A stretch of 64,000 nt of DNA from the NCBI GenBank assembly GCA_903912365.1, contig CAIWGV010000045.1, positions 21,886 through 85,885 on the forward strand, in the 5' to 3' direction. Below the pieces are notes generated by a model. The model was not told the DNA's origin, did no database searches, and saw only the letters and a list, made by a program, of their open reading frames with translations. Source of the DNA: an uncultured Alphaproteobacteria bacterium (GTDB lineage: Bacteria; Pseudomonadota; Alphaproteobacteria; UBA7879; UBA5542). This document shows, one piece after another, positions 15,343-25,108 of this stretch. A program made the translations under genes and the position numbers. Position 1 is the stretch's first letter, and each line of letters opens with the position of its first letter.

Positions 15343-18158
15343 TCTGCATCTCCTCCTATCAACCATTCTTTTATGCGGGCAAGATGATCGTAAGAACCAG
15401 GCATTCTTAGACCTCTAGGGTGAGAGAGATAAGGGGTTTCAAGCTGTAGGAAATAATCGATCAATGCCTTGAGTCCTTCAAAAGCTTGTTCTCCCAAAAT
15501 TAAGGGATCTGTTTTTAAAGTAAAGATTGCCCCTCGTCCCTCTCTTAGGGCAAGAGACCAAAACTGAAGTGCCCTCAGAGGACCTGCCGGAATGTGCTCA
15601 AATTTTCCATGAAGGATCATGGCGGCCTCTAAGGCCAACTGAGGAGATATCCCCAAACCAATGTTTTTTTCAGAAGGAGGTTGTCCTGTTTTGTAATCAA
15701 TCACAGTAAGACCCTCTGACCTCATATCAATACGGTCAGCACGACCTTTGAGGGTAAAGGGCCCTTGAAGTGTGCTGAAAGAGAGAGATCCCCACACTTC
15801 ATATTTTGAGATGGCAGGAAGCAAGGAAGATTGAACTTCAAAAACCCATCGGACTATGTGCTCAAATTTTCCCCACCAAAATTTTTTGTCTTCATTAAGA
15901 TTAAAATATTTTTGAAAAAGTTCTTTTGCCTGCTCCAGGGGTATTTCTTCAGAGAAATTAGGCATCCAGACCTGAAGAAACTCATGCACAAACAGACCGA
16001 ATTCCAGAACACCTGCTGGTCGATATAACTCCTTCAAAGGAGAGACTTTTAAAACATATTTTGCATAAATACTGTAAGGATTCTGCATTAAGCTTGCTAC
16101 ATCAGAGATAGAAAGCGTAAGAGGTCTTAAAGAGACGGGGGGCTGCGGGATAGGTTCAGAGATTGGCATCACATGATGGGGTGTTTCTAGGTGAAGTCGC
16201 CACTCTCTTAAAAAATTTTCTTTGGGAAGATTCCGGTTATGAGCCTGCAAATAAGATTCCAGACGTGCCAAGAATTTAGAAGGAACAGTGGGAGCACCCT
16301 CCACCCGCAGAGCTCGTGTCAATAATACCTGAGGAGCATGAATGGCCGATACAAAGTCATGGGTGCTTTGGCCAATGCGCCGCTCTGAGGGAGGCAGCCC
16401 TAAAGCTGCGCGCATAGATCGGCTAAAGAAGGGATCTGTTCTAACTTCCTCTGGCCATGTGCCCTCATTAAGCCCCCCCAAGATAATAAAGTCTGTCTGC
16501 AAAAGTCGGGCTTCCAAGGGTGTTAAAATCTGAATGGAAAAATCATGGTGATGAGAGTTGGGAAGAAAAACATTTTGAGTCAGGGCCCGAAGAGTTTGAG
16601 AATAATCTTCTGTGGACAAGAGAATTTGGGAAGAGGCTTTTTCTAGTTTGACCCAAAAATCCCCAATACTTGTTTTTTCAATTTCAAAATTGGGGACAAT
16701 CCATTCCAAAATACTTTTATGAATTTCTAAGAATTTTTGGAAGGGAAGAGATTTTCTGGGCTTTGTTTTTTTCAGAAGAGGCATTAACCCCTCCAAAAAT
16801 TCTTGCATCATCCCCTGATCTTCGTCCGTTAATATTTTTTTGCTGTCTTCAAAATGAAGGACTAGATCATAGGGAGATTTCAATCCCCAAGTACGGCGAA
16901 TAATTTTTACCTCTAGGGTTGGAATCACCGCTTCAAAACGAATAGCCAAGGCATGCTTGAGGGTGCTCAGCAGGCTTATCATATTAAAATCTTTTTGAAA
17001 CCACGTGGCCGTAAGCCCCATTAAAGACCCCCAGTCTGTTTCCCAAAAGGGAGTTCCTTTTCCTGAAGGAATATGAATATTCCATCGCTGCAGTTCTAGA
17101 GCAACTCGTTTGGCCAGGGAGGCATCCGCGGTGATAAAAAGAGATCTTTTTTTATTTTGCTCCAGATTTTTTCGCAGGGCTAAGGCAATCACTTGGGCCT
17201 CCTCCATTTGATCGCTCACCTCCATGAGATTCACGTTTTCAAGGGCCTTTGACAGCTGTTCTTCTGACATTTTTTGAGAGGGATCTATAAAAGAACCCCG
17301 GATTAAATCCTGGCGCGCAGAAGGCTCTTCCGAAACCCAGTTTTGTACCAGGGAGGCTTCACATCCCATCGTCTTCAAAAGCTCATAGAGGGCGTACTGA
17401 GGGTGCGTAGAGGATAGTTCTTTTAAATCTCGTTCAAGTCCCGGCAGGATAACAGTCCCTTTAGGTAGCCGTGCCACCACCTTCATAAGATGGGCCGTGC
17501 TGGGAATAGTCCCCATGGACCCCGCAACCAGGATCGGATGAGAGGGAGGATTCTCCTGCCATAGAGCCGCTTGCTTTTCCATGAGCATTCGTTGCCAAGA
17601 GGAGGCCTCCATAAGATTTTCATCTTTCAGGATTTTATCCCAATGATTGCTTATAATTTTTAAAAACCCTAAAATTCTTTGCCAATGCTCTGCATTTTCT
17701 AAAAGAGGATTTAAGCTCTCTAGGGCTTCAAGGGGAATGTCCTCCATCCTTAGGTCATCTATTAATCCCATAAGATCTTGAGCGAGGCGAGCAGCATGAT
17801 CAAAAGAGAGAGAATCTCCTCCATAGGTAAATCTGGAAATCAAAGAAGCAAGGAGCAGTTGCCGACGTTGGGGGCTCATGAGGTCAGGCAAGCCTTCCAT
17901 CAAAGTGGCCCCATGGGGTGACGTTAGGGAAAACTCTTCTTCCTCAATTTCTCCTAAAGGCAAAATACGAGGGAGAATAAGAGGCCTATGTTGATTTTCT
18001 TCAAAGAAGAGATGAGAGAGCTCAAGACAGGACCGGCGTGTGGGAAGCAGAATAAGGTGTTGGGCTAAATGAAAAGAATCGTGTTTGTCCAAAAGCGTGC
18101 GGGCCAATGTCCTTAAAAAAGGCTGCGATGCAGGAATGGTATATAAAGATAGGCTCAT
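15333..18158 (-). CDS. addB: Double-strand break repair protein AddB
   Basis: The N-terminus MSLSLYTIPASQPFLRTLARTLLDK is typical of AddB. The gene is 941 aa and lies immediately upstream of addA on the same strand. Confidence 0.8.
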   Translation of the reverse strand: MSLSLYTIPASQPFLRTLARTLLDKHDSFHLAQHLILLPTRRSCLELSHLFFEENQHRPLILPRILPLGEIEEEEFSLTSPHGATLMEGLPDLMSPQRRQLLLASLISRFTYGGDSLSFDHAARLAQDLMGLIDDLRMEDIPLEALESLNPLLENAEHWQRILGFLKIISNHWDKILKDENLMEASSWQRMLMEKQAALWQENPPSHPILVAGSMGTIPSTAHLMKVVARLPKGTVILPGLERDLKELSSTHPQYALYELLKTMGCEASLVQNWVSEEPSARQDLIRGSFIDPSQKMSEEQLSKALENVNLMEVSDQMEEAQVIALALRKNLEQNKKRSLFITADASLAKRVALELQRWNIHIPSGKGTPFWETDWGSLMGLTATWFQKDFNMISLLSTLKHALAIRFEAVIPTLEVKIIRRTWGLKSPYDLVLHFEDSKKILTDEDQGMMQEFLEGLMPLLKKTKPRKSLPFQKFLEIHKSILEWIVPNFEIEKTSIGDFWVKLEKASSQILLSTEDYSQTLRALTQNVFLPNSHHHDFSIQILTPLEARLLQTDFIILGGLNEGTWPEEVRTDPFFSRSMRAALGLPPSERRIGQSTHDFVSAIHAPQVLLTRALRVEGAPTVPSKFLARLESYLQAHNRNLPKENFLREWRLHLETPHHVMPISEPIPQPPVSLRPLTLSISDVASLMQNPYSIYAKYVLKVSPLKELYRPAGVLEFGLFVHEFLQVWMPNFSEEIPLEQAKELFQKYFNLNEDKKFWWGKFEHIVRWVFEVQSSLLPAISKYEVWGSLSFSTLQGPFTLKGRADRIDMRSEGLTVIDYKTGQPPSEKNIGLGISPQLALEAAMILHGKFEHIPAGPLRALQFWSLALREGRGAIFTLKTDPLILGEQAFEGLKALIDYFLQLETPYLSHPRGLRMPGSYDHLARIKEWLIGGDAECL

Positions 18159-18251
18159 GTTTCAGACAATAGTGTGAATACAGCTAGGCCACAAGGGCTC
18201 TTTTTTCTTGTCTTAAATTTCATTATGTATATTATATACTCCTTAAACAAA

Positions 18252-18342
18252 GGAGAGGTGGCCGAGTGGTTGAAGGCGCACGCCTGGAAAGTGTGTATAC
18301 GTTAATCGCGTATCGAGGGTTCGAATCCCTCTCTCTCCGCCA
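18252..18342 (+). tRNA. tRNA-Ser (anticodon GGA), class II with a long variable arm
   Basis: Manual fold: acceptor GGAGAGG/TCTCTCC including a G:U pair; a 3-bp D stem; anticodon stem CACGC/GTGTG with loop CTGGAAA; variable arm ATACG..CGTAT; T arm GAGGG-TTCGAAT-CCCTC; discriminator G; CCA encoded. Confidence 0.85.
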
Positions 18343-19051
18343 GTTGCTGGTCCATAAATGTTTTTATTAAGGGAATCGTAATTTTTTGTCCCTGAGAAAA
18401 GGCAAAGTAGTCTAGGTCTTCCAAAAGTTTTTGCAAAGCATCCGGAGAGCGCTCTCCATGCGTTAAAATATAAGAGATTACTTTAGGCTCCGCTGCTATT
18501 TGCAGATCTGTGCACTTTTTCGTTAAAATTGCCTCTAAAAGAGAATCGCTAGGAGTTTGAACCTCAATCGCCAAAAATGTCTTTAGACGAGACTCCAAAT
18601 CTTTCAAAGGAATTTCCCATTCCCCAGGGCTTTTCTGAGATGTAATCAAGAGGAATCCGCCTTTCTCCCTAAGAACATTATATAGGTGGAAAAGTTCATT
18701 TTGATAAGAAGGGACCACATCCTCAAGAGAATCCACAATGAAAGTCTTGTGGGGGACCGTAATATCCTGCCCCTTTCGTATCTGCATTAAATCATCTTCT
18801 GTCAAAAAAATAGCTTTCGCCGTTCTTTGGAAAACATGAGACAGATGAGTTTTTCCTACCCTTGGTTTTCCCCATATGACCAATCCGTGGGGAGGGCGCA
18901 GTTCTTCCGACGAAAGAATCTTATGAGCAGCCTCATTGGATGAGTCTACTAAAAAGTCCTGAACTCCATAGGAGCTGATAATAGGAAAACCAAAGAGCAA
19001 TTGATCTAGGTTCTTTATAAAAGGTTTCTTTTTTATATACGTTTGATCCAT
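18302..19051 (-). CDS. hdaA: DnaA-homolog regulatory inactivator HdaA
   Basis: The ORF is 249 aa with the DnaA-type Walker A VIWGKPRVGKTHLSHVF and an AAA+ core. Its 3' end overlaps the tRNA-Ser gene by 41 nt on the opposite strand, so the last residues (REGFEPSIRD) are the reverse translation of the tRNA T arm. Confidence 0.7.
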   Translation of the reverse strand: MDQTYIKKKPFIKNLDQLLFGFPIISSYGVQDFLVDSSNEAAHKILSSEELRPPHGLVIWGKPRVGKTHLSHVFQRTAKAIFLTEDDLMQIRKGQDITVPHKTFIVDSLEDVVPSYQNELFHLYNVLREKGGFLLITSQKSPGEWEIPLKDLESRLKTFLAIEVQTPSDSLLEAILTKKCTDLQIAAEPKVISYILTHGERSPDALQKLLEDLDYFAFSQGQKITIPLIKTFMDQQLAEREGFEPSIRD

Positions 19052-19584
19052 TCTTTAAAATACCCCCATCCAGAAACAACAGTAGTGACAGCAATCATGT
19101 AAATAAGCACATCTAGATTTAAGTTGAATTCAAAAACCATAGAAGCTAGCTGCAGAAGCAAAAGCCCAAACAATAAAAGAGTGTTTAGTTTACTAATAGT
19201 GGAAGGAAGAATAGAAGTGTCTTTTTTCCCTACCCATAAAGAAAGAATGCCGATCATAATTAAAACATCTCGACCAATGACCAAAAGGGTAAACCATAGG
19301 GGGAGTAACCCAAGGCCGAATCCAAAAGTTGCAAAAACTGAAATAATGAGAAGTTTGTCCGCAAAAGGGTCTAGCGCTCCCCCGACCGCCGTTTCTTGGT
19401 GAAAACGCCGCGCCCAATAGCCATCTAAGCCATCTGTAAGGGCGGCCAAGATGAGAACCCAAAATACAAAGGCAAATTCCCCTTTCATCATTCCCCAAAC
19501 GATTAGGGGGGTCATCAGAATACGACTTAAAGATAAGATGTTAGGAACATTCAGATTTGTTTTTTCAGCTGCATGCCTGTTCAT
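19033..19584 (-). CDS. pgsA: CDP-diacylglycerol--glycerol-3-phosphate 3-phosphatidyltransferase
   Basis: The CDP-alcohol phosphatidyltransferase motif DGLDGYWARR...GGALDPFADKLL is present and the protein is multi-TM. It overlaps the hdaA start by 19 nt. Confidence 0.8.
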   Translation of the reverse strand: MNRHAAEKTNLNVPNILSLSRILMTPLIVWGMMKGEFAFVFWVLILAALTDGLDGYWARRFHQETAVGGALDPFADKLLIISVFATFGFGLGLLPLWFTLLVIGRDVLIMIGILSLWVGKKDTSILPSTISKLNTLLLFGLLLLQLASMVFEFNLNLDVLIYMIAVTTVVSGWGYFKEWIKRI

Positions 19585-19720
19585 TTTTTTGCCTTCTTAC
19601 ACCCATCACAATGATTCCCTAATTCTATATAATGGGAATGTCAATTTAATACCTTATAAAAGGTTTTCTTTGTCTCTGTCAAATCAATTCAGAAAGGCCT
19701 GATTTTTTGGCTTATTTCAA

Positions 19721-19754
19721 GGAGATACAGACGATGTATATCTCCTTATTTTTT
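19721..19754 (+). terminator. Orphan intrinsic-terminator-like hairpin (GGAGATAcagacgatgTATATCTCC followed by TTATTTTTT) in the pgsA/rpsT divergent intergenic region
   Basis: The stem is 8-9 bp and is followed by a U tract on the + strand. No + strand CDS lies upstream, since pgsA is on the - strand. The element sits upstream of the predicted rpsT promoter. Confidence 0.3.
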
Positions 19755-19774
19755 CAAGCATTGCAAAAAGTTTC

Positions 19775-19801
19775 TTGACAGAAATGCTAATCCCATATAT
19801 T
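19775..19801 (+). promoter_or_regulatory. Sigma70-like promoter candidate for rpsT (TTGACA-N15-TATATT)
   Basis: A perfect -35 hexamer at 19775-19780 and a 5/6 -10 at 19796-19801 lie about 35 nt upstream of the rpsT ATG. The spacer is short at 15 nt. Confidence 0.35.
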
Positions 19802-19835
19802 TTCTGTAGAATTATTGTTTATAAGGTTTTTTATC

Positions 19836-20096
19836 ATGGCAAATCATGCATCGGCTGAAAAGCGTATCCGTCAAACGAAAGTTCGTACAGCGCGCAATCG
19901 CACAACTTTAAGTCGTATGAGAAACAGTTTGAAAAAAGTCGAAGATGCCCTTAAGCTAAAAGACAAGGGTAAAGCTCAAGAGGCTTTAAAGTTGGCACAG
20001 CCAGAAGTTATGAAGACGGCTCAAAAGGGCATTATTCATGCGAATATGGCAGCCCGCAAGATATCTCGTCTATCGGCGCGCGTTAAAGGCCTATAG
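19836..20096 (+). CDS. rpsT: 30S ribosomal protein S20
   Basis: MANHASAEKRIRQTKVRTARNRTTLSRMRN... is the canonical S20 N-terminus, and the gene encodes 86 aa. Confidence 0.9.
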   Translation: MANHASAEKRIRQTKVRTARNRTTLSRMRNSLKKVEDALKLKDKGKAQEALKLAQPEVMKTAQKGIIHANMAARKISRLSARVKGL

Positions 20097-20139
20097 TTCC
20101 GCGACCCCTTAAACTGCATTGCACAATTTTTATAAAGGT

Positions 20140-20159
20140 CCCCTTAGAAAGGGGTTTCC
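20140..20159 (+). terminator. Candidate rpsT terminator hairpin (CCCCTT-AGA-AAGGGG followed by TTTCC)
   Basis: A 6-bp GC-rich stem lies 44 nt after the rpsT stop, followed by a short T-rich tract. Confidence 0.35.
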
Positions 20160-20180
20160 TTGGTCTTGATGGATTGACAG

Positions 20181-21524
20181 ATGACGGAAAAACGACAAAT
20201 TTGGGGCCGCATTCAATCTTCTCTCCCAGAAGCATTTGGGGAAACTGTTTATAAGGGATGGCTCAAATTCTTAACTTTTGAAGAGGATTTGGGAGGAAAA
20301 ATTGTTCTTTCTGTCCCTTCCCGCTTTATCCGTGATTGGATCACCAGTCGCTACCTCAAAAAACTTTCTGAAATTTGGACCCAAGAATCTCCGGGGGTCC
20401 ACACCATTGAGATTATCGCCAGAGCAATGGAGGAGCCGACAAAAGCTGCCCCTGAAGAGCTTAAAATAGATGATAGTCCTAACAAATACCTTCTAGAAAA
20501 TGTCACCAGTGGGTTAGATCCCCGCTTTACTTTTGAAAACTTTGTGGTAGGAAAGCCCAATGAGTTGGCCTACGCGGCAGCCCGGCGGGTGGCAGAGTCG
20601 GATCAGGTCTACTTCAATCCCTTGTTTTTGTACGGAGGCGTGGGACTGGGAAAAACCCACTTGATGCATGCCGTAGCCTGGTATCTCCATAAAATGCATC
20701 CCAAACGGCGCGTTATCTACATGTCTGCGGAAAAGTTCATGTATCAATTTATTCGAGCTCTTCGTCTTAAAAATATCATCTCTTTTCGCGAACAACTACG
20801 ATCCGTCGATGTTTTGATGATTGACGATGTGCAATTTATCAGCGGCAAGGATTCCACCCAGGAAGAGTTTTTCCACACTTTTAACTCTCTTGTGGATCAA
20901 AAACGTCAGATTATCCTCTCAGCGGACAAATCACCTTCGGACCTTCAGGGCATTGAAGAGCGGATGAGGTCCCGTTTGGGCTGGGGCCTCGTGGCAGATA
21001 TTCATCCCAGCACTTATGAATTGCGCCTTGGAATCCTGCAGTCAAAGGCAGAAAACTTACCGATCCCTATCCCAAAAGAAATCCTGGAGTTTTTGGCTCA
21101 CAAAGTCACCTCAAACATTCGGGAATTGGAGGGCGCCTTAAATCGAATCCTGGCCCACGCTACGCTGGTGGGGGGAGAAATCTCCCTGGAGACCACCCAA
21201 GATGTCCTGCGAGATCTTTTGCGCGCCAATGAGAAGCATGTGACCATTGAAGAAATTCAACGTCATGTGGCAGAACATTATAATATTAGGATCGGAGATA
21301 TGCATTCCACAAAGCGCGCACGCACTGTGGCTCGGCCTCGACAGATTGCCATGTATCTGTGTAAGCAGCTAACCTCTAAGTCCTTGCCAGAAATTGGGCG
21401 TAAGTTTGGAGGACGAGACCATACGACGGTTATTCATGCGGTAAAGACCGTGGAGGCTTTAAGTTCGGCGGATCCGAGCTTAAGAGATGATGTGACGTTA
21501 TTACGTCGTATGCTCGGACATTAA
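20181..21524 (+). CDS. dnaA: Chromosomal replication initiator DnaA
   Basis: The AAA+ Walker [18 protein letters not shown] is present, and the C-terminal DNA-binding domain ends ...[11 protein letters not shown]. Confidence 0.95.
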   Translation: MTEKRQIWGRIQSSLPEAFGETVYKGWLKFLTFEEDLGGKIVLSVPSRFIRDWITSRYLKKLSEIWTQESPGVHTIEIIARAMEEPTKAAPEELKIDDSPNKYLLENVTSGLDPRFTFENFVVGKPNELAYAAARRVAESDQVYFNPLFLYGGVGLGKTHLMHAVAWYLHKMHPKRRVIYMSAEKFMYQFIRALRLKNIISFREQLRSVDVLMIDDVQFISGKDSTQEEFFHTFNSLVDQKRQIILSADKSPSDLQGIEERMRSRLGWGLVADIHPSTYELRLGILQSKAENLPIPIPKEILEFLAHKVTSNIRELEGALNRILAHATLVGGEISLETTQDVLRDLLRANEKHVTIEEIQRHVAEHYNIRIGDMHSTKRARTVARPRQIAMYLCKQLTSKSLPEIGRKFGGRDHTTVIHAVKTVEALSSADPSLRDDVTLLRRMLGH

Positions 21525-21526
21525 CC

Positions 21527-21856
21527 GTGTCCCGTCGTGTTACGGTTTCCACATGGCAAGAGGTGACAAAGGCCTTAGAGACCTACCAAGAACCCTTGGA
21601 ATTAATCTCTCCCCCCAATGCCTGTGATTACATCGGCATTCCTTTTTTCAAAGCCTTGGAAGAAAGAGCTCGGTTCAAATACTCCCATAAAACTTTTGAT
21701 TTTATACTTGATTGTGAAGCCCCCGGGCATGTGATGGGAGCCTTTCGGTGTGGAATGAAAAAAGTATTGTATCGGGGAGATGAAGCCTATCTGCCAGCGC
21801 TTAAGTCTATGGCAGACCAGGTGGGTGGGGTTATTGTGGGTTTCCCCAAAACCTGA
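21527..21856 (+). CDS. Hypothetical 109-aa protein translationally coupled to dnaA (GTG start)
   Basis: The GTG lies 3 nt after the dnaA stop. The frame is open with no recognisable domain. Confidence 0.35.
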   Translation: MSRRVTVSTWQEVTKALETYQEPLELISPPNACDYIGIPFFKALEERARFKYSHKTFDFILDCEAPGHVMGAFRCGMKKVLYRGDEAYLPALKSMADQVGGVIVGFPKT

Positions 21857-21907
21857 TATAAAAGCCCCAAGAAAATAAGGAACTACGATTTTTAAATTCA
21901 GACGGAA

Positions 21908-21934
21908 TTAGCAGACTCTCTTGAAGAGTGCTAA
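21908..21934. promoter_or_regulatory. CIRCE-like inverted repeat (TTAGCAGAC-N9-GAGTGCTAA) overlapping a heat-shock-type promoter upstream of dnaK
   Basis: The right arm is an exact CIRCE half-site (GAGTGCTAA). The left arm matches 7 of 9 positions, and the spacer is 9 nt. The spacer contains TCTCTTGAA, a sigma32-type -35; GGTATAT lies 16 nt downstream as a -10 candidate. Confidence 0.45.
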
Positions 21935-21999
21935 AAGAGGTGGTATATACTTAGACAGGCGCTGAGCGCCCTAGTTTCAACGAGCAGAAGGTGAAGAAT

Positions 22000-23919
22000 A
22001 TGAGCAAAGTAATTGGAATCGACTTAGGAACAACAAACTCTTGCGTATCCGTGATGGAAGGCAAAACTCCGCGGGTTATTGAGAATGCAGAAGGAATGCG
22101 CACAACGCCCTCCATGGTTGCTTTTACAAAAGACGGTGAAAAGCTTGTGGGACAAGCGGCGAAGCGTCAAGCGGTAACTAATCCGGAAGATACCTTCTTT
22201 GCCATTAAGCGGCTCATTGGACGTCGGTATGACGATCCTTTAACCAAAAAAGATAAAGAATTAGTGCCTTACAAAATTGTAGAAGGTAAAAATGGAGACG
22301 CCTGGGTGGAAGCCCGCGGCGAAAAATATAGTCCTAGCCAAATCAGTGCTTTTATTTTGCAGAAGATGAAAGAAACAGCGGAAGCCTTCTTGGGCACAAC
22401 GGTGACAAAAGCGGTCATCACAGTACCGGCCTATTTCAATGATGCCCAGCGTCAAGCCACTAAAGATGCGGGTAAAATTGCGGGATTGGACGTCTTGCGG
22501 ATTATCAATGAGCCCACAGCGGCAGCGCTGGCCTATGGCTTCGATAAGAAAAAAACCGGCACCGTTGCGGTTTATGACCTTGGTGGGGGAACTTTTGACG
22601 TATCCGTTTTGGAAATTGGTGAGGGAGTCTTCGAAGTTAAATCTACCAATGGAGATACGTTCTTGGGCGGAGAAGATTTTGATAACCGCATCTTGGACTA
22701 TCTTGCAGAGGAATTCACGAAGGAAACGGGAATCGATCTTCGTAAGGATAACATGGCCTTGCAGCGCCTGAAGGAAGCTGCTGAAAAAGCAAAGATTGAA
22801 CTGTCCAGCAGTGTGCAGACGGATATCAACCTGCCCTTCGTTACGGCAGATGCGTCCGGTCCTAAGCATTTGAACATCAAGTTAACGCGCTCAAAGTTGG
22901 AGTCTTTGGTGGCGGACCTTATTGACCGTACCATGGAACCTTGTAAGAAAGCTTTGAAGGATGCAGGCCTTAAGGCATCCGACATTGAGGAGGTTATTTT
23001 AGTAGGGGGAATGACCCGTATGCCCCGCGTGATTGAGAAGGTGAAGGAGTTCTTTGGAAAGGAACCCCATCGAGGGGTGAACCCTGACGAGGTGGTGGCC
23101 ATGGGAGCGGCTATCCAGGGCGGCGTCTTACAAGGGGATGTGAAGGATGTATTGCTTTTGGATGTGACGCCCTTGTCTTTGGGTATTGAAACTTTGGGAG
23201 GCGTGTTCACAAAGCTCATTGAGCGGAACACCACCATTCCTACCAAGAAGAGTCAGGTCTTTTCCACGGCGGAGGATAACCAAACGGCGGTGACCATTCG
23301 GGTGTTCCAAGGGGAACGAGAAATGGCGGCTCACAATAAATTGTTGGGCCAATTCAACCTGGAAAATATTCCCTCCGCACCAAGAGGTATGCCTCAAATT
23401 GAGGTGACCTTCGACATTGACGCCAACGGTATCGTGAACGTATCCGCAAAGGATAAGGCCACCAATAAGGAGCAGAAGATCCAAATCCAGGCGTCCGGCG
23501 GTCTTTCTGATCAGGACATCGAAAAGATGGTCAAGGACGCGGAAGAAAATGCAGAAGCGGATAAAAAGGCCCGGGAGTTGGTGGAAGCCAGAAACCAGGG
23601 AGAAAGTCTTTTGCACTCCACTGAAAAGCAGCTGAAGGAGCATGGGGACAAAGTATCTGCCACGGAAAAATCTGCCATTGAAGACGCCCTAGAGGCCCTT
23701 AAGTCAGCCCTTCAAACGGAAGATGCGGCCGATATTAAAGCAAAAACGGATACTTTGGTTCAATCAGCCATGAAGCTGGGGGAAGCCATGTACAAGGATA
23801 TGCAAGAGAAAAGCGCCGCTTCTGCCTCCGAGACCCCTGAACATAAAGAAGGAGACTCCAAGATCGTTGATGCAGACTTCGAAGAAGTGGATGACAAAGA
23901 CCCTAAGGACGACGAATAA
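22000..23919 (+). CDS. dnaK: Molecular chaperone DnaK (Hsp70)
   Basis: The start is [14 protein letters not shown] at 22000 with an AAGGTGA Shine-Dalgarno. The ORF table start at 21991 is a GTG with no spacing to the Shine-Dalgarno. Full Hsp70 motifs are present, including DLGGGTFD and the C-terminal EEVD-like acidic tail. Confidence 0.97.
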   Translation: MSKVIGIDLGTTNSCVSVMEGKTPRVIENAEGMRTTPSMVAFTKDGEKLVGQAAKRQAVTNPEDTFFAIKRLIGRRYDDPLTKKDKELVPYKIVEGKNGDAWVEARGEKYSPSQISAFILQKMKETAEAFLGTTVTKAVITVPAYFNDAQRQATKDAGKIAGLDVLRIINEPTAAALAYGFDKKKTGTVAVYDLGGGTFDVSVLEIGEGVFEVKSTNGDTFLGGEDFDNRILDYLAEEFTKETGIDLRKDNMALQRLKEAAEKAKIELSSSVQTDINLPFVTADASGPKHLNIKLTRSKLESLVADLIDRTMEPCKKALKDAGLKASDIEEVILVGGMTRMPRVIEKVKEFFGKEPHRGVNPDEVVAMGAAIQGGVLQGDVKDVLLLDVTPLSLGIETLGGVFTKLIERNTTIPTKKSQVFSTAEDNQTAVTIRVFQGEREMAAHNKLLGQFNLENIPSAPRGMPQIEVTFDIDANGIVNVSAKDKATNKEQKIQIQASGGLSDQDIEKMVKDAEENAEADKKARELVEARNQGESLLHSTEKQLKEHGDKVSATEKSAIEDALEALKSALQTEDAADIKAKTDTLVQSAMKLGEAMYKDMQEKSAASASETPEHKEGDSKIVDADFEEVDDKDPKDDE

Positions 23920-23928
23920 AGAAGGCAT

Positions 23929-25101
23929 ATGGCACGAGATTATTACGAGATTTTAGGGGTTGGCAAAAGCGCCACCGCTCAGGAGATTAAATCAGCCTAT
24001 CGTAAGAAGGCCATGGAGTATCACCCAGATCGTAATAAAGGGGATAAGGCCACGGAAGAAAAGTTCAAAGAAGTAGCCCAAGCCTATGAGATTCTGAGTG
24101 ATGATCAAAAGAAAGCGGCCTATGACCAGTATGGCCATGCAGCCTTCACAGGAGGTCAGGGCGGCGGCGCGGGTCCGGGCGGTGGTTTCAGTGGCGGCCA
24201 AGGCGGCGGCTTTGGTGGATTTGATTTTTCCCAAGGAGGCTTTGGGGGATTTTCAGACATTTTTGAAAGCGTCTTTACGGGGGCTGGGGGCCAACGAGAA
24301 AGCCAGTCTTTTGAAGGAGAAAATCTTCGCTGCAATCTAGATATTACTCTTGAGGAAGCATTTCAAGGAACCACCAAACAAATTCGTATTACCAAAATGG
24401 ATGCATGCGCCGCCTGTAAAGGATCGGGGGCAGCCAAGGGAACCCATCCCGTAACCTGTACAGCTTGTAAAGGAACGGGGCATATCCGGACGCAGCAGGG
24501 CTTCTTCATGATGGAACGCACCTGCCCTACCTGTAACGGGCACGGAAAAATTATTAAAGATCCTTGCTCTGCCTGCCATGGGCGAGGTCAGGTTAAGGTT
24601 ACAAAAACTTTGGATATTACCGTACCTCCGGGTGTTGAGGAAGGCGTCCAAATTCGACTCAAAGGTGAAGGCAACGCCGGAATGTATGGGGCTCCAGCGG
24701 GGGATTTGTACGCTTTCGTGCATATTAAGCCCCATGAGCTCTTTGTGCGCCAAGGGGCAGATCTTCTCTGCCGGATTCCCATTTCCATGATCATGGCCAC
24801 CATGGGGGGATCCATTGACTTGCCCACCATCGGGGGAACTCAAGTGAACCTCAAAATTCCGGCCGGGACTCAACCGGGAGACAAATTCCGCCTGAAAGAC
24901 AAGGGGATGAATATCTATCGTCGATCTGCCCGGGGAGATATGTACGTGGAAGTACGGGTAGAAATTCCAAAACATCTGTCCAAGTCTCAGCAAAGTATTT
25001 TGAATGACTTTGATAAGGCCATCAGCTCCGACAAAAACCAGCCCGATTCCTTTAACTTTTTCAAAAAGATGAAGAAGTTTATGGGGGATGGAAAAGAGTA
25101 A
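23929..25101 (+). CDS. dnaJ: Molecular chaperone DnaJ
   Basis: A J domain (YYEILGV...HPDRN) is followed by a Gly/Phe-rich region and four CxxCxGxG zinc-finger repeats. Confidence 0.95.
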   Translation: MARDYYEILGVGKSATAQEIKSAYRKKAMEYHPDRNKGDKATEEKFKEVAQAYEILSDDQKKAAYDQYGHAAFTGGQGGGAGPGGGFSGGQGGGFGGFDFSQGGFGGFSDIFESVFTGAGGQRESQSFEGENLRCNLDITLEEAFQGTTKQIRITKMDACAACKGSGAAKGTHPVTCTACKGTGHIRTQQGFFMMERTCPTCNGHGKIIKDPCSACHGRGQVKVTKTLDITVPPGVEEGVQIRLKGEGNAGMYGAPAGDLYAFVHIKPHELFVRQGADLLCRIPISMIMATMGGSIDLPTIGGTQVNLKIPAGTQPGDKFRLKDKGMNIYRRSARGDMYVEVRVEIPKHLSKSQQSILNDFDKAISSDKNQPDSFNFFKKMKKFMGDGKE

Positions 25102-25108
25102 CGGAAAT

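Noticed and set aside
19585-20180. oriC / clustered DnaA boxes flanking dnaA
   Set aside because: Reading both intergenic regions turned up no TTATCCACA/TGATCCACA-like 9-mers. Alphaproteobacterial origins are usually near hemE rather than dnaA.
21527-21856. Helicase-loader DciA (DUF721) or dnaN in the post-dnaA slot
   Set aside because: At 109 aa the ORF is far too short for DnaN. It does not show the DUF721 pattern I recall (W..VVG..LA..T.P..L..G.L.V.V.S..W..EL). It is left as hypothetical.
22261-24993. Multiple 60-220-aa ORFs antisense or out of frame within dnaK and dnaJ, and similarly within valS, secA, addB and the PT-rich gene
   Set aside because: They sit inside strongly supported conserved genes. 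They are typical GC-skewed shadow ORFs with no Shine-Dalgarno and no homology.
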